From NCBI GenBank assembly GCA_964016885.1, contig OZ024755.1, forward strand, positions 31,930,001 through 31,994,000: a stretch of DNA of 64,000 nucleotides, read 5' to 3'. The notes under the pieces were generated by a model. It worked only from the letters and a program-made list of their open reading frames with translations, had not been told where the DNA came from and ran no database searches. The translations under genes and the position numbers were made by a program. This DNA comes from Eledone cirrhosa (lineage: Eukaryota). Shown here one piece after another: positions 23,336 through 36,454 of this stretch. The first letter of the stretch is position 1. Each line of letters opens with the position of its first letter.

Positions 23336-23793
23336 ATTGACCTTTCTGAGAACCACCCCAGGTTCTATGATAGAGAGCTGTTTGCTTTAAAGTGTTCTTT
23401 TTAAAATTTAAATCTTTCACCAAAACTTTTATGTAAAAACCTTTTATGTTCGAAACACTAGCTTAATAATGAAAAATCCCTAAAAATTCTTGATTATTTT
23501 CAAAATGAATTAAAAATCATAAGCCATCTATCATTATAAACATGGAAACAAGGGCGTTGAATTGGCAGTATCGGTAGAGTTGGACACCATGCTTCACAGC
23601 ATAGAGTTACGGCTCTTTACGTTCTGAGTTCAAATACTGCCGAGGTTAGCTTTGCCTTTCGTCCTTATGGGGGTCGATAAAATAAAGTACCTGTCATGCA
23701 CTGGAGTCGATTTAATCGACTTTCTCCTACCCCAAATTGCTGGCCTTGTGCCTACATAAGAAACCCTTATAAATATGGAAAGAAAAGGGTTAA
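23336..23793. mobile_element. piggyBac-type MITE family 2 carrying a SINE family A insertion (23555-23766); uninterrupted copy at 51618-51880
   Basis: Shared internal aaacac(t/c)agcttaataatga; right ends aaagggttaa / aatgggttaa; SINE flanked by ttataaa(c/t)atggaaa. Confidence 0.65.
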
Positions 23794-24100
23794 AATACAG
23801 ATCACATATCTTGGACAATGATGCTGCTCCTCACACAACATCCTAGTCTATACAAGAAATAGCCATCTTGTCAATTAGCTAAGATTCATTATTACATTAC
23901 AAATATTCAACTATTGATATGTCCTCTCTCTCTCTTTCTTGCTCTTTCTCTTTCTCTCTCTCTCTCTTGCTCTTTCTCTCTCTCTCTCTTATATCACTAC
24001 TATAAGTGGTTTGTTCTGTTCTTATATTATAAATTACATGCTACTGCAACCTAAGATCACTCCTGTCTTTGTTACTTGCCAACCTCATATAAATTCAACT

Positions 24101-24539
24101 TTAACCCCTTAGCATTTACATTACGCTATATATACTATTGTATTTTTATGGTAAGTGTTTTACCTCATTGAATTATCTCGTGTAATATTGATTCGATGAG
24201 ATTTTGATATTATTTATTTTGAGAACAATACCTTAACATAGATATGAGTGGCCAGTTATGGCCAGTTTGATCAAAAAGAGGTGAGATAATTCTGGTCAGA
24301 TATGGCCTGTTTAAATGCTAAAGGGTTAACCCTTTAGCATTTACATAACTCAATATATACTATTGTATTTTTGTGGTAAAGGCTTTATCTCACATAATAT
24401 CGAATCTATAAGATTTTGATATTATTTATTTTGAGAACAATACCTTAACATCAGTATGAGTGACCAGTTACGGCTGGTTTGAACAAAGAGGTGAGAGAAT
24501 TCTGGCTGGATACAGCCGGTTTAAATGCTAAAGGGTTAA
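24101..24539 (+). mobile_element. Head-to-tail dimer of piggyBac-type MITE family 1 sharing one TTAA (24326-24329)
   Basis: ...aatgctaaaggg TTAA ccctttagcattt... junction. Confidence 0.9.
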
Positions 24540-25099
24540 TCTTACGATGTTAACTTTTGCAGTAATCTTTCCCATTGGACATACAAGTGCTATTATTATC
24601 TGACAATGTATCTATTAAATGGAACTGTTGCAAGACATAGAGAACACTGCCATTTTATACAAAATAGGCCAAAACTCTAGAAGCTTAGTCAATGTATTGA
24701 TCCTAATTCCTAAATGTAACCCGAAACTGAATGCACAAATAACACTACCTAGTAGTAAACTAGCCCAACATGAATAACTGTTAATAAATATATTTATGAT
24801 GAAGGGCAGCTCTTAAGCTCTTATGATTTCTTACAGCTCCTCTAAGATAGGTAGAAGAGACAGAGAAAGAACCACGAGTGGTGAGTTACTACTGGAGGAA
24901 GCAGCACAACTCCAAATTAAGTTATTCTCAAACTGGAGACCAGTCTGAATGCTTGCAGCAGAGTGAACCCCCTTTAAAGGCACTGAAAGGCTAATTGAGG
25001 TGTTAAACCTAGTGTCAGATGGACTCAATTTGGTTTACTTCAGCTATAAGAAAAGAATGTGAAAAGCATCCTGCCATATCACATGATCCACATGACAGG

Positions 25100-25385
25100 T
25101 GCAATGTGTCCGAACATAGAAGAGCCAAACTCCCTCTGTCATTGCCGCCATCTCTCTCACCCTCCCCATCTCTCTGTATTGTGAGCAAATGGGATCCCAT
25201 GTGCTGGCCGCCCGCCAGCGGAGAGAGTGGAGAAGGTGTTTCCCCAGAGGATGGTAAGGGAGATGCGCTGGAAGAGCCATTCAATCTCGCGAGGCTCACA
25301 CCTGCAGCTGGCCAGCTCAGTGCCTATGGTGGTGAGTCGGGAAGTAGCCCTAGGGCCAGGGGCACGACCGCAAACCTGTCGGAGG
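25100..25385. repeat. GC-richer dispersed repeat; related segments at 29690-29850, 38680-38855 and 59860-60700
   Basis: Shared gggaga(t/c)(g/a)(c/t)gctggaa(g/a)agcca, cacacctgc(a/g)gctggccagctcag and gtccgaaca...ccatctctc. Confidence 0.7.
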
Positions 25386-26607
25386 ATTGTCAGCAGTTGG
25401 AAATTTTAAGATGACAGGAAGCTGTTGAGGAGAACCAGAAATATAAAGCAGTCTTCTTATGTTTTCTCTAAAAACTAAAATCAGCAATATGACCACTCAG
25501 GTCAAATGTTTTTATCCAGTAAATTACGCTGCAAAGATCTTGAAACATCAGTGGACCTTGGAACATTGTTATTCTAAACAAATCTTAAAGAAAGTTTTTA
25601 AAAAATCTATATTGAATAAAAGTAGATTAGAATATGACCATATTTTCAATGATTTTTGTATTGGATCGTATTTTATACAAGTGAGTTAGACTTCTAATCA
25701 TCTCTTTGCTACTATCAATGTTTTAACATCCTGAGATATGGCTTCAGCAGTCCAATCCAATGTCTACTTCATCCTTCTACTCTTTTCACAGGTATCCCCC
25801 ACTCCCACTACTACCACCAACAGCACATGTCAATTTTTCACCCTGCACTTCTAATCAGTTTGCATCATATATCTATATCTGCGCAGTCATTTTGCCTATA
25901 CTTTTTACCTGATGCCTTTAATGCTGAGCTGCTATCTGAGCTTGTTTACTTTGTCTTTTCTGCTGGTTACAAAATCATGCTTGGCTCTGTAAATCTTCCA
26001 AATTCAGTGCTACTTAATCCTGCTTCATGCAGTCAGCTTTTCAGATAAATTTACTTTTCGCAAAACAAAGGCAACATATCCTTTAACTTCTTGCAACCTT
26101 CCCTACATTAGGATCTCTGCTTTCACGACAGCTATTCTATTGAAAAAAAAAATTACTTTTTTTCTAAAAATAGCTCAGTTAGTGAAATATCTATTGTTTG
26201 ATCTATATTACTCTCCTTAAATAGCAAAAGAAATGATGTACTATTTGTCATTTTGGTTGAAGTTTTGTTTTTCTTTTCTTTTTTCTTTTTTGCTTAGGAA
26301 GAAATGTTTCGTTCTTTTTATTCTTATTGGAATCTTTTTTTTTTTTTTTAATGAATTAATTTGTTCAGTTTATTGCTTTACATTTAAATTATCTTATTTT
26401 TGTATCAATAAAGAAATAAAATTTATTTTGTTACCTACCTTATTTTTTGTTTTTTTTTAATTTTCAAATTCAATCTTGCTTATAAAAACATTTTAAAGAA
26501 ACTTTTTCAAGCATTTGATGCATGAAACATATTTCTTTTTAATTACTAATTATTTTTAAATTATTGCCATCTTTCAAAAGTTAACTTAATAACAAGCTAG
26601 ATATTTT

Positions 26608-26960
26608 CTCTTCTTCTTCGCCCATTTATTCCTGTGAGGATTGTGGGGGCAGAATCCTCAAAGACTCCTTCCAGCAGGTCCTGTCAGAAGCAACAGTCTC
26701 TAACTCATCCGGTTGGATCCCCAAATGAGACCAGCCAAGCTTGTGGATATTATCCAATCATCTTGCTCGGGGTCTACCTCTTGGGTCTCCTGCCAGTTGG
26801 TTTTGCTCGTAAAATCTATCCAGCGGTTCTTTCCCGAGACATTCTAACCACATGCCCATAATATTGGAGCTGTGATCTCTCAATTTGGAGAAGTAGCAGC
26901 TCTACCTGGAGTGACTCTCTGGTCTCTGAGCTACGCACTTTATCGTGTAACATTACTCCA
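26608..26960 (-). mobile_element. RTE-like LINE 3' end of the (GAA)n-tailed family (also 28620-28890 and 36471-36560)
   Basis: Reverse-complement similarity to 59290-59740. Confidence 0.8.
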
Positions 26961-27693
26961 TTTTGGCCAATTATTTCTCTATCATAAATTTCACTTCATA
27001 TATAAGTAGGTTAATAATTGATCTCACTTTTCTTCAACATATAACAAAATCTAATCAGTATTTGAAGAAAATGTTTGGAACTATTTTTTGATATGATACA
27101 TTTTGATCTTAAGTATTCTCTATTTGCTGTACTTGAGGCATTTATCTCAAATTGACCCTCTGTCAATTATTATTAAAATAAAATAAATGAAATTTACCGC
27201 TCAAACTCTGCAGTTTTAGCTTGCTTCCTATGAGGTTACATCTCATAGGGTTTTCAGGTGTTTTAATTATAAGGGCCCCAGTCCTATCATGTTAAATCAT
27301 TGTTGAGTATGATTAAAACTATTTTTGACTTCATAACATTAGCATTAATAAAGAAGATACATTGCTTATAATTTGATTGGTCTTGACAATAAGTTTCTTT
27401 GTTCTCATGCATTTACCTTAAAATATATTTTCTTGTCATTCAAAATAACATAACTGGTTTTCTTTCCCCATCCCAATTTTCCTGTCTCTAGTTATCATTC
27501 TCATCAACATATAACAAAATTTATTGATACCACCACCACTGCTCGTTGAAAGCAATTCTAACATCCATATCCATTTTAGTTCAACTGCTCTTTTTTCAGA
27601 TCAACCTGTTACATAATGTAATAATTTTTACTCTTTTAAATATTTTACAATTGAACATTATCTGCTTCCTGTACCCCTTTTGACCTAATGTGA

Positions 27694-28001
27694 TTAACCT
27701 CTTCAATGCCATAGACGAGATAACTCGTCCTAATATGTTTAAACTCATTTCCAACAGTTCATAACTTAAAAGTTATAAACTCTTTTCCAACAGTTCATAA
27801 CTTCAAAGTTATGAACTCGTTTCCAACAGTTCATAACTTCAAAGCTAGATGGAGTTACTAGTCTATTGATGTTTATCAATCATTCAGATATGTGTTGTTA
27901 ATAAATGTTTGTTTAAAAAAAAGTCATTTTACTGAGGAAAAAAAAACCCCCTACCCAGCAACTGTAACTGTGTAAAATATATGCGGCAGTCAGCAGGTTA
28001 A
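27694..28001. mobile_element. Possible third TTAA-bounded MITE containing three ~36-bp tandem units (27742-27845)
   Basis: ttaacctcttcaatgcc ... ggcagtcagcaggttaa; unit aactc(a/t/g)tttccaacagttcataactt(a/c)aaag. Confidence 0.5.
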
Positions 28002-28132
28002 GGAAGATTATCATCTATAGATTTTATATATAATAATAGGTTACAAGATATAGATAATCAAAACATAATCATGGTCAAACAATTCTAATTTTTGGTAGTT
28101 TGTGGAAAGCAATTTGTTAAACTTCAAGCTTT

Positions 28133-28395
28133 AGGAGGTGTGAGAGCTAGTGGTAAGGGTGTTGGATTAACAATGATGTCATAGGTTTGATTCCTGAGCT
28201 GGGTTGTGTGTTGTGAACTCAAGTAAAATACTTCATTTTACATTGCTCCAGTATACATAGCTGTAAATGATACCAGCAATAGCTGTGTTTAACCCTGCAA
28301 TGGACTGGCATCCTGTCAGGGGTGAATCTTGTACTGTCTGTTGCTTCACACAACAAAACCAGGATAAGCACTGGCTTGTGACTTTAGACTTAGGA
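28133..28395 (+). mobile_element. tRNA-headed SINE family C (also 50092-50238, 50241-50512 and 60823-61087)
   Basis: A-box-like ctagtggtaagggtgttgg, internal cctgc(a/g)atggact(a/g)gc(a/g)tcctgtc(c)agggg, tail actttagactt. Confidence 0.8.
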
Positions 28396-29022
28396 GTTAC
28401 TATATTGTAAAAATGTTAAACACAATGAAAAATAACTTTTACATACAAAAATCTATATAGATTAATAATGGATGGATGTTTTAGACTTAATGCCAAAAAA
28501 AATCCTAACCAGATACATGAAGTTAATAAATGACAGCATATATTTTCAAACATGGTGGTCTCCTTAAATCTTTCAGGATTATTGCTATCTTACTTGGTGA
28601 CTTAATTTCTAGAATATACTTCTACTTCTTTGCCCACTTATTCCTGAAAGGGTCGTTGGGGCAAACACTCCTTTCAGCCAGTCCTGTTTGAAGCAACCAT
28701 CTCCAACTGATCCTGCTGGATCTTCAAGCAAGACCAGCCAAGTTCATGGATGTTATCCAATCATCTTGATCAGGGTCTACCCCTGAGTCTCCTGTCGGTT
28801 GGTTTTGCCCATGAAATCTGTTAGGTTCTGCAGGAACATCCAAGACATGCTTTACAAGACATAAACTGGAGCTGCCTTGTTTCAGTATGACTATATTTGA
28901 AATACAATAATTATTTTATTTTTCCAAATATATTTCATTAGTAGAGAAAAGCAATGAAGAATGATGCTGAATGAAAACAAAAGCGATTTATACAAACACA
29001 CACACACCACACACCCACACCC

Positions 29023-29667
29023 TACATACATACATACATACATGGTGGCTGCCAACTCGTTTTCGAGTACGGCCACTACTTTATATCCATGTAGGAGAAC
29101 CCCTACCGATGCGCTGAACGAGTGTGACTTTTCAGTCCGGCCAGCGACTTGAAAGCTTTGGTACAAACACTACACTTGTGACAATTATTGACACATAGTG
29201 CTGGGCCCATGGTACCATGTGACGACAAGTGCAGAGAGATCTCCAGATATAAAGCAATGCCTGTGCCGTGAAGCTTTTATAGTGAGCAAAGGTACTGCAC
29301 AAAGCCAGTCCCACTCTCTTAACCAAGATGATATTTACCAAAAAGAAGAACAAGTCAACATCATTGGATACCATCAGGGTTGCAGGTGTTATATCAGAGT
29401 TTTCCTTCTCCTAGAATTCTGCCTTGACAAAGGCTAAGGGGTCATCTCTCCCGGTGATTTTGGATGGCCATTGACTCTTAAGAGTTCCTTTGCCCTTTGA
29501 CAGGTTTTGTTTTTAGTCCTGCAGGATGTCCAAAGTCACCCTCCTCACCAAGAAACCTTGGTGGGGTTGCCAGTTTAGTCGCCAACGACCCGACCATGGG
29601 ACAGGTTGTACTGGGATACATGTTACCAGTAGCACCAACTGGTGACCTGACATACATACATACATAC
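29023..29667 (-). mobile_element. Non-autonomous bipartite RTE derivative (5' UTR fused to 3' end) embedded in (TATG)n
   Basis: Minus strand has ctaggagaaggaaaactctga (recalled as an RTE 5'UTR motif) and a C2H2 finger CSVCTKAFKSLAGLKSHTRSAHR* (29174-29103); (CATA)n on both sides. Confidence 0.65.
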
Positions 29668-30432
29668 CACAACTAAATATGTAATGATACACGATGGGGC
29701 TCCGGCGGTCAGAATGGAGAAGGCGTTTCACTGGAGGACAGCAAGGGAGACGCGCTGGAAAAGCCACTCCAATTTGCGGGGTTCACACCTGCGGCTGGCC
29801 AGCTCAGCGCCTATGGTGGTGAGTAGGGAGGTAGCCCTAGGGCCAATGACACCAGAAGTCTACAGGGTATCAGTAAAAACATAACATTAAACATAGTTTT
29901 ATATTTGATGCTGAAGGTGTGTAACTTAGTTATTACGGTGCTCAGCTTACGTTCATAAGGTCATAAGTTTAGCGCAGTGTGTCCCTGAGCAAGACACTTT
30001 ATTTCACAGTGCTCTAGTCCACTCAGTTAGCAAATATTGGTTGTATCTGTAATTCAAGGGGTTAGCCATGTTATATATTGTGTCACACTGAATCTCTCTG
30101 AGAACTATTCTGTTGAATACTCAGCCACTTACATGTTAATTTCATGAGCAGGCAGTTCTGTTGATTGAATTAGCTGGAGCACTGGTCATGAGAAATGATG
30201 GAGGTTCAACAAAACATTAATATAGCTGGTGACAAATGTTAGATATGAAATGTGACAGGTTTCAGTCATAATCTGTTTCTACATTACCCTTTCTAAACTT
30301 TTACTTTAGTATTAATCTCATACTTAACATCAGCTTCTCTGATTTATTCCATTGAATTATTTAACGTTAACACAACTTCTATTACCACTTGTTATCTATG
30401 TTGGTCTTTTACATTGGTTAATTTCTTTAATT

Positions 30433-30658
30433 TTAACCCTTTACCATTTACATTATTCTATATTTACTATTGTATTTTCGCAGTAAAGGCTTTATCTCAC
30501 ATAATATCTCGTGTAGTATAAAATCTGAAATTTTGATATTATTTATTTTGAGAACAATGCCCTAATATCAGTATGAGTGACCAGTTACAGCTGGTTTGAA
30601 CAGAAAGAGGTGAGATAATTCTGTCCGGATACGGCCGGTTTAAATGCTAAAGGGTTAA
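30433..30658 (+). mobile_element. piggyBac-type MITE family 1
   Basis: Both TIRs and both TTAA sites intact. Confidence 0.9.
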
Positions 30659-31884
30659 TCTTTGACTACAAATAATACTCTTTATACTGTAAATGAAATG
30701 TGAAAATTCACAAGTAGTCTTGTGTGTGTGTAAAAACTATTTGTGGCATACTTGCAGCATCATGTTAAAATGTAGTTTTTGAAGTTTAAAAATCCAGCAG
30801 TTCTCATTTGTTTCCAGGTTTCATTGTTGGAAATAATTCATTGTTTTAGTATGCTTTTAATATTCTCTAATCATGGCTAAGCATTTTGACTTTTAGCCAA
30901 AACATTGTTTTTCAACAGATTTCTATGTCTGCTTCTCAGCTTCTTAACTGTTTAATTATTTAGGCTATCATATTTGTCATATAATATGTCTAATTCTACT
31001 TGTGTGTTTTGTTTGTTTCTTTTGCTGTTGTTTTTGTATTTTTTGTCAACATTTTAATCTTATCTCCTCATCCCACTACTTGATTTGTTTTAAGATTTAA
31101 GCAACCAACTTCTTCCAAACATTGCTCAACCTACTGATTCAGCAGCCAGTTCATCCTGAATAAACTCCTGATATTTTTTTAAAATATAAGCCACATATTT
31201 ATGTTTTACGCATTACAACATTCCTGTGAAAAGTTAATGTGGTCACAACTAGAATACTTGCATACTTATGAAATTCTGCCTAGATCATTATGTTCTTTTA
31301 AAAAGAAGTTAAATACACGGCTAGTACTCCAACACCTGCATTGTTCTAAATACCACAGAGTTTGAATTTGCTAGCAATCTGATCATCTAGGTAGCTATTA
31401 CGATAGAATATAAAATATGTTGATGTGGAACAAAATAATCAGCAATCTGTATTGATAGTAGCAACAATTTCCTTTCAAATTCAAACTATTTGCTGTTAAA
31501 TATTTTTTTAACACACAGATAAGGTTCAAGCATGACTGTCTGGTTAAGAGGTTCACTTTGGAACCACATGATATGGGTTCAATCCCACTGTGGTGTACAT
31601 AGATAGGGTAGGCTAATTATATTCTACTATAACTTCGAGCTGAGGTATCGATGCTTTGTCAATGAATTTTGTAGCTGGAAGCTCATGTATGTTTGTGTTT
31701 GTTTATGTGTACTTTACTCTCCACATACATCACAAGCAGTAATATTTTTTATGTGCAGCATAAACAGATCCTGCTGCTCGATGGTTAGACATGCAAAGAT
31801 CTGTAACTCACTTTAAAAAAAAAACGAGGAGGGTGGCATCAGGAAAAACAGCTGGCTATAGAATTCTACCTTCCAAAGTCTCAT

Positions 31885-32094
31885 TTAACCCTTTAGCATT
31901 TACATTTACATATTTACTATTGTATTTTCGTGATAAAGGTTTTATCTCACATGATATCATATCTATGAGATTTTGATATTATTTATTTTGAGAACAATAC
32001 CTTAACATCAGTATGAGTGGTCGTGGCCAGTTATGGCCAGTTTGAACAGAAAGAGGTGAGAAAATTCTGGCCGGATACAGCCGGTTTGAATGCT
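31885..32094 (+). mobile_element. piggyBac-type MITE family 1 (right TIR truncated)
   Basis: ttaaccctttagcatttac plus family body. Confidence 0.85.
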
Positions 32095-32544
32095 GATGAA
32101 GATGACATAACCACAACACAAGCTACATTTACTATCTCAGATCAGCAGTGTTGTAAACACCACAAAAAATAAACAGAAATAACTTAGTGGTTTGTTTAAA
32201 AAAAAATGAACATACAATTCTGTTAAAAAAAAAATGCAGCTAAAATTAATTGTATATACCACAAAAAAATGTATGGCATTTATGTATCATATTGATAAAA
32301 CTGTTTTTCACATGGCTGTTACACAGCAAAAACTATTTTTCTTATAGTTAATACGCAACAAAAACTAAGAAAACAGAGAAGATACATTTGGTCTGCCAAC
32401 ATTACAATCAGATATATGTTTATATTAAGAAGTATACTATAAACATTGAAATACAAACCTTGATAAATAATATACGCATATAAAGTAATGGATGGCCAAA
32501 CTGTAGAAAATTGAACAAAATACTTCGTATTATTCGGTAACATG

Positions 32545-32907
32545 TCAGCGGTGTGGCAGAATCGGTAGAGTGTTGGACAACATGCTTCGCAGCATAGAGT
32601 AACAACCCTTTATGTTTACATTTCATCTTTATAAGGTCAATAAAATAAAGTAGCAGTAATGCACTGAGGTCGATTTAATCAACTTTCCCTTCCCTCAAAA
32701 TTGTTGGCCTTGTGCCTAAATCAGAAACCCTTATTTGGTAATCGGTAGAGGGTCGGACGCCATGCTTTCCAGCATAGTTACGTCCCTTTACGATCTGAGT
32801 TCAAATCCCGCCGAGGTTGACTTTGCCTTTCATCCTTACGGGGTCGATAAAATAAAGTACCAGTAATGCACTGGGTTATTGCTGGCCTTGTGCCTAAAGT
32901 AGAAACA
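32545..32907 (+). mobile_element. Two tandem SINE family A copies (long-tail and short-tail subfamilies)
   Basis: Two cores; tatt(c/t)ggtaa occurs before, between and after them. Confidence 0.85.
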
Positions 32908-34414
32908 AATATTTGGTAATGTGTCTTTTTGTTCTAAACCTGGCTTTCATCTCTCTGAGATCAATAAAAAAGTTTCTTACCAAAGCCAATATAAATTACT
33001 AATATACTTGAGGGTGTTGGAGCAACATAGCTACAATCAAATGACTGAAACCATCATCATCATTATCATTTAACGTCCATCTTCCATGCTAGCATGGATT
33101 GGACGGGTTTGTCCCACTTGAGGCAAGATTGGTCGGGTGACCATGTCTTGCTCGTACAGAACTGTTTCTGGCAGGTTTTCTACACCTGGATGCCCTTCCT
33201 AACACTAACCACATTTACAGTGTAGACTGGGAGCCTTTTTACCATGTCTCCTATACAACCACATTTACAGTGTAGACTGGGAGCCTTTTTACCATGTCTC
33301 CTACACAACCACATTTATAGTGTGGACTGGGAGCCTTTTTATCATGTCTCCTACACAACCACTTTACAGTGTGGACTGGGTGCTTTTTGTCGTGTCACCT
33401 ACACAACCACTTTACAGTGGATGGATGGAGTAGGGATGTGAGGTGGGGTGTAAATTGGGTTAAGGGGTGCCTACTGACTATAGGTTTAAGTTCATATGTA
33501 AGGGGAGGTGGGTCTGCTGCATAGCGCCAAAGATCTCAATCCAGTGACATTGTCTTAGACAGTTGTAAGTGAACAAGGTCAGTTTTTATCACCTCGTCCC
33601 AGGTTTTTTTTGGTCTACTCACTCTGTAGCTTCCATCAATTTTGATCGATCTGCACTTTTTTTTTACAGCTGTTGTCCTTCATACGCATCATATATCCAT
33701 ACCAACGCAATCTTCTCTCCTGCACACAACATTTGATACATCTTATACTTAGTCTCTCTCTCAATTCATAAAAGAATAATCCTTACATACTTAATTTATC
33801 AGAAAAAAAACCCAACTCAGATTATTTTAACATACATCTTTATCTACACACCATACCGACAACAGATGTCTAAATTATCAATTTAAATATTATCAGTTCA
33901 AAAATTTTCCACATCCCATTGGCTGATTATTATCTTGACTAAAAGAAAATTCAAAAGCAAATTTATCAATTCCAATATCTTGTAAACTTAATTGCCATAG
34001 CACACTTTTGTAATGACATGATGGTGAGACATATAACCCATTGGGTTATTGTGTTGATTATTGGGTCACCCTGATAATGTCAACTTGATGTAGTGTATTT
34101 GGTCAATTATGAGTTTGACAATGTTCTTTCTATTGGAGAAGTTGAACTTCTGCAAGATAAGAGAATGCTTATAACTCTGGTGTTCTAACTATTGATATTG
34201 AGTTTTGTAATTCCATCGTATTGTGCTGATTTCTATCTATTATCTATGTTGACTACCAGGATGCCCAAATGAATTTTCAATTGTGCATTAATACATGCAT
34301 CTGGTGCTACTCATTAATGCATGTTGCAGTCTTTTACTTGATGAAGTCTTTTGATCCTGACCATAGACGTGACATTCTACCACATAGATCTAATATGAAT
34401 CACCATAGACATAA

Positions 34415-35241
34415 CCCTAGTTCCTCTACCAATGTCACATGACTCACCATTAACTCTAGTTCCTCTATTGATGTCACATGACTCACCATTAACTCTAGTT
34501 CCTCTACCAATATCACATGACTCACCATTAACTCTAGTTCCTCTACTGATGTCACATGACTCACCATTAACTCTAGTTCCTTTACTGATGTCACATGACT
34601 CACCATTAACTCTAGTTCCTCTATTGATGTCACATGACTCACCATTAACTCTAGTTCCTCTATTGATGTCACATGACTCACCATTAACTCTAGTTCCTCT
34701 ACTGATGTCACATGACTCACCATTAACTCTAGTTCCTCTATTGATGTCACATGACTCACCATTAACTCTAGTTCCTCTATTGATGTCACATGACTCACCA
34801 TTAACTCTAGTTCCTCTACTGATGTCACATGACTCACCATTAACTCTAGTTCCTCTACCAATGTCACGTGACTCACCATTAACTCTAGTTCCTCTACTGA
34901 TGTCACATGACTCACCATTAACTCTAGTTCCTCTATTGATGTCACATGACTCACCATTAACTCTAGTTCCTCTACTGATGTCACATGACTCACCATTAAC
35001 TCTAGTTCCTCTACTGATGTCACATGACTCACCATTAACTCTAGTTCCTCTACTGATGTCACATGACTCACCATTAACTCTAGTTCCTTTACTGATGTCA
35101 CATGACTCACCATTAACTCTAGTTCCTCTACCAATGTCACATGACTCAGCATTAACTCTAGTTCCTCTACTGATGTCACATGACTCACCATTAACTCTAG
35201 TTCCTCTATTGATGTCACATGACTCACCATTAACTCTAGTT
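34415..35241. repeat. 39-bp minisatellite, ~21 copies
   Basis: Unit tgtcacatgactcaccattaactctagttcctcta(t/c)tga. It is a multiple of 3 and stop-free in three frames, which explains the repetitive ORFs. Confidence 0.97.
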
Positions 35242-35465
35242 ACCAAGTGTTTGATCTCCACAAGTATAGTCCTCCAGATCAAAAGTGCACACCTCAAGTC
35301 ACTCCATCACAACAAGGTACTTAATAATATATATACAAAAGTATATACACGCTATTAGATGGCTGTTGACTCTTATCAGTTCCTCCGCCCTTTGGCAGAT
35401 TTTGTTTTTCATCCCACCTGACCATGCAACATTTTGTATTGGGTTACATGTTACCAATAGCATAT

Positions 35466-35958
35466 GAGAGGGACCTGGCATAATTTATATCATGTAAAAG
35501 TTAACGACCTTAAAAGGGACTTGGCATAATTTATATCATGTAAAAGTTAAGGACCTTAAGAGAGACCTGGCATAATTTATATCATGTAAAAGTTAAGGAC
35601 CTTAAGAGAGACCTGGCATAATTTATATCATGTAAAAGTTAAGGACCTTACAGAGACCTGGCATAATTTATATCATGTAAAAGTTAAGGACCTTAAGAGA
35701 GACCTGGCATAATTTATATCATGTAAAAGTTAAGGACCTTAAGAGAGACCTGGCATAATTTATATCATGTAAAAGTTAAGGACCTTAAGAAGGACCTGGC
35801 ATAATTTATATCATGTAAAAGTTAAGGACCTTAAGAAGGACCTGGCATAATTTATATCATGTAAAAGTTAAGGACCTTACAGAGACCTGGCATAATTTAT
35901 ATCATGTAAAAGTTAAGGACCTTAAGAAGGACCTGGCATAATTTATATCCTGTAAAAT
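35466..35958. repeat. 46-bp minisatellite, ~10.5 copies
   Basis: Unit gagagacctggcataatttatatcatgtaaaagttaaggaccttaa. Confidence 0.97.
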
Positions 35959-36285
35959 TGCCACCAATAATCAAAATGTAAATATATATATTGTTTTTAT
36001 TAGTTTTAATCATGAGGAAAGGACTGTAATGAAGGTCTTTGCAAACCCTGAAAGACTGACCAAATCTATGCAATTGTTGTTCAGTGTAAACATCTGCAAG
36101 TTGATGTTTGTGGGGAAATGTGGGTGGTAGAGGAATTCCAAAAGGTTAACATTTTGGAGAGGACCAGTTAGATGCATCATGTGTGTTAATTGGAGGAGGG
36201 GAGGTTGTATGTTGTTAACGCATTTTCTTTTCACCAAGACATATGCAATCTCTCCTATCTTATTCTCTTATTATTATTTGCCTAC

Positions 36286-36454
36286 GGTAGAGGGTCGGAC
36301 GCCATGCTTTGACGCATAGAGTTACGGCCCTTGCCATTCTGAGTTCAAATCCCGCCGAGGTTAACTTTGCCTTTCATCCTCCTTATGGGGTCGATAAAAT
36401 AAAGTACCAGTAATACACTGGGTAATTGCTGGCCTTGTGCCAAAAGTAGAAACA
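36286..36454 (+). mobile_element. SINE family A, young copy
   Basis: Perfect 16-bp TSD attattatttgcctac (36270-36285 / 36455-36470). Confidence 0.9.

Noticed and set aside
34377-35358. Three overlapping 276-308 aa repetitive ORFs, or a CRISPR-like array
   Set aside because: A pure 39-bp tandem repeat with no unique spacers, no cas genes and a eukaryotic context; the ORFs arise because the unit is stop-free and divisible by 3.
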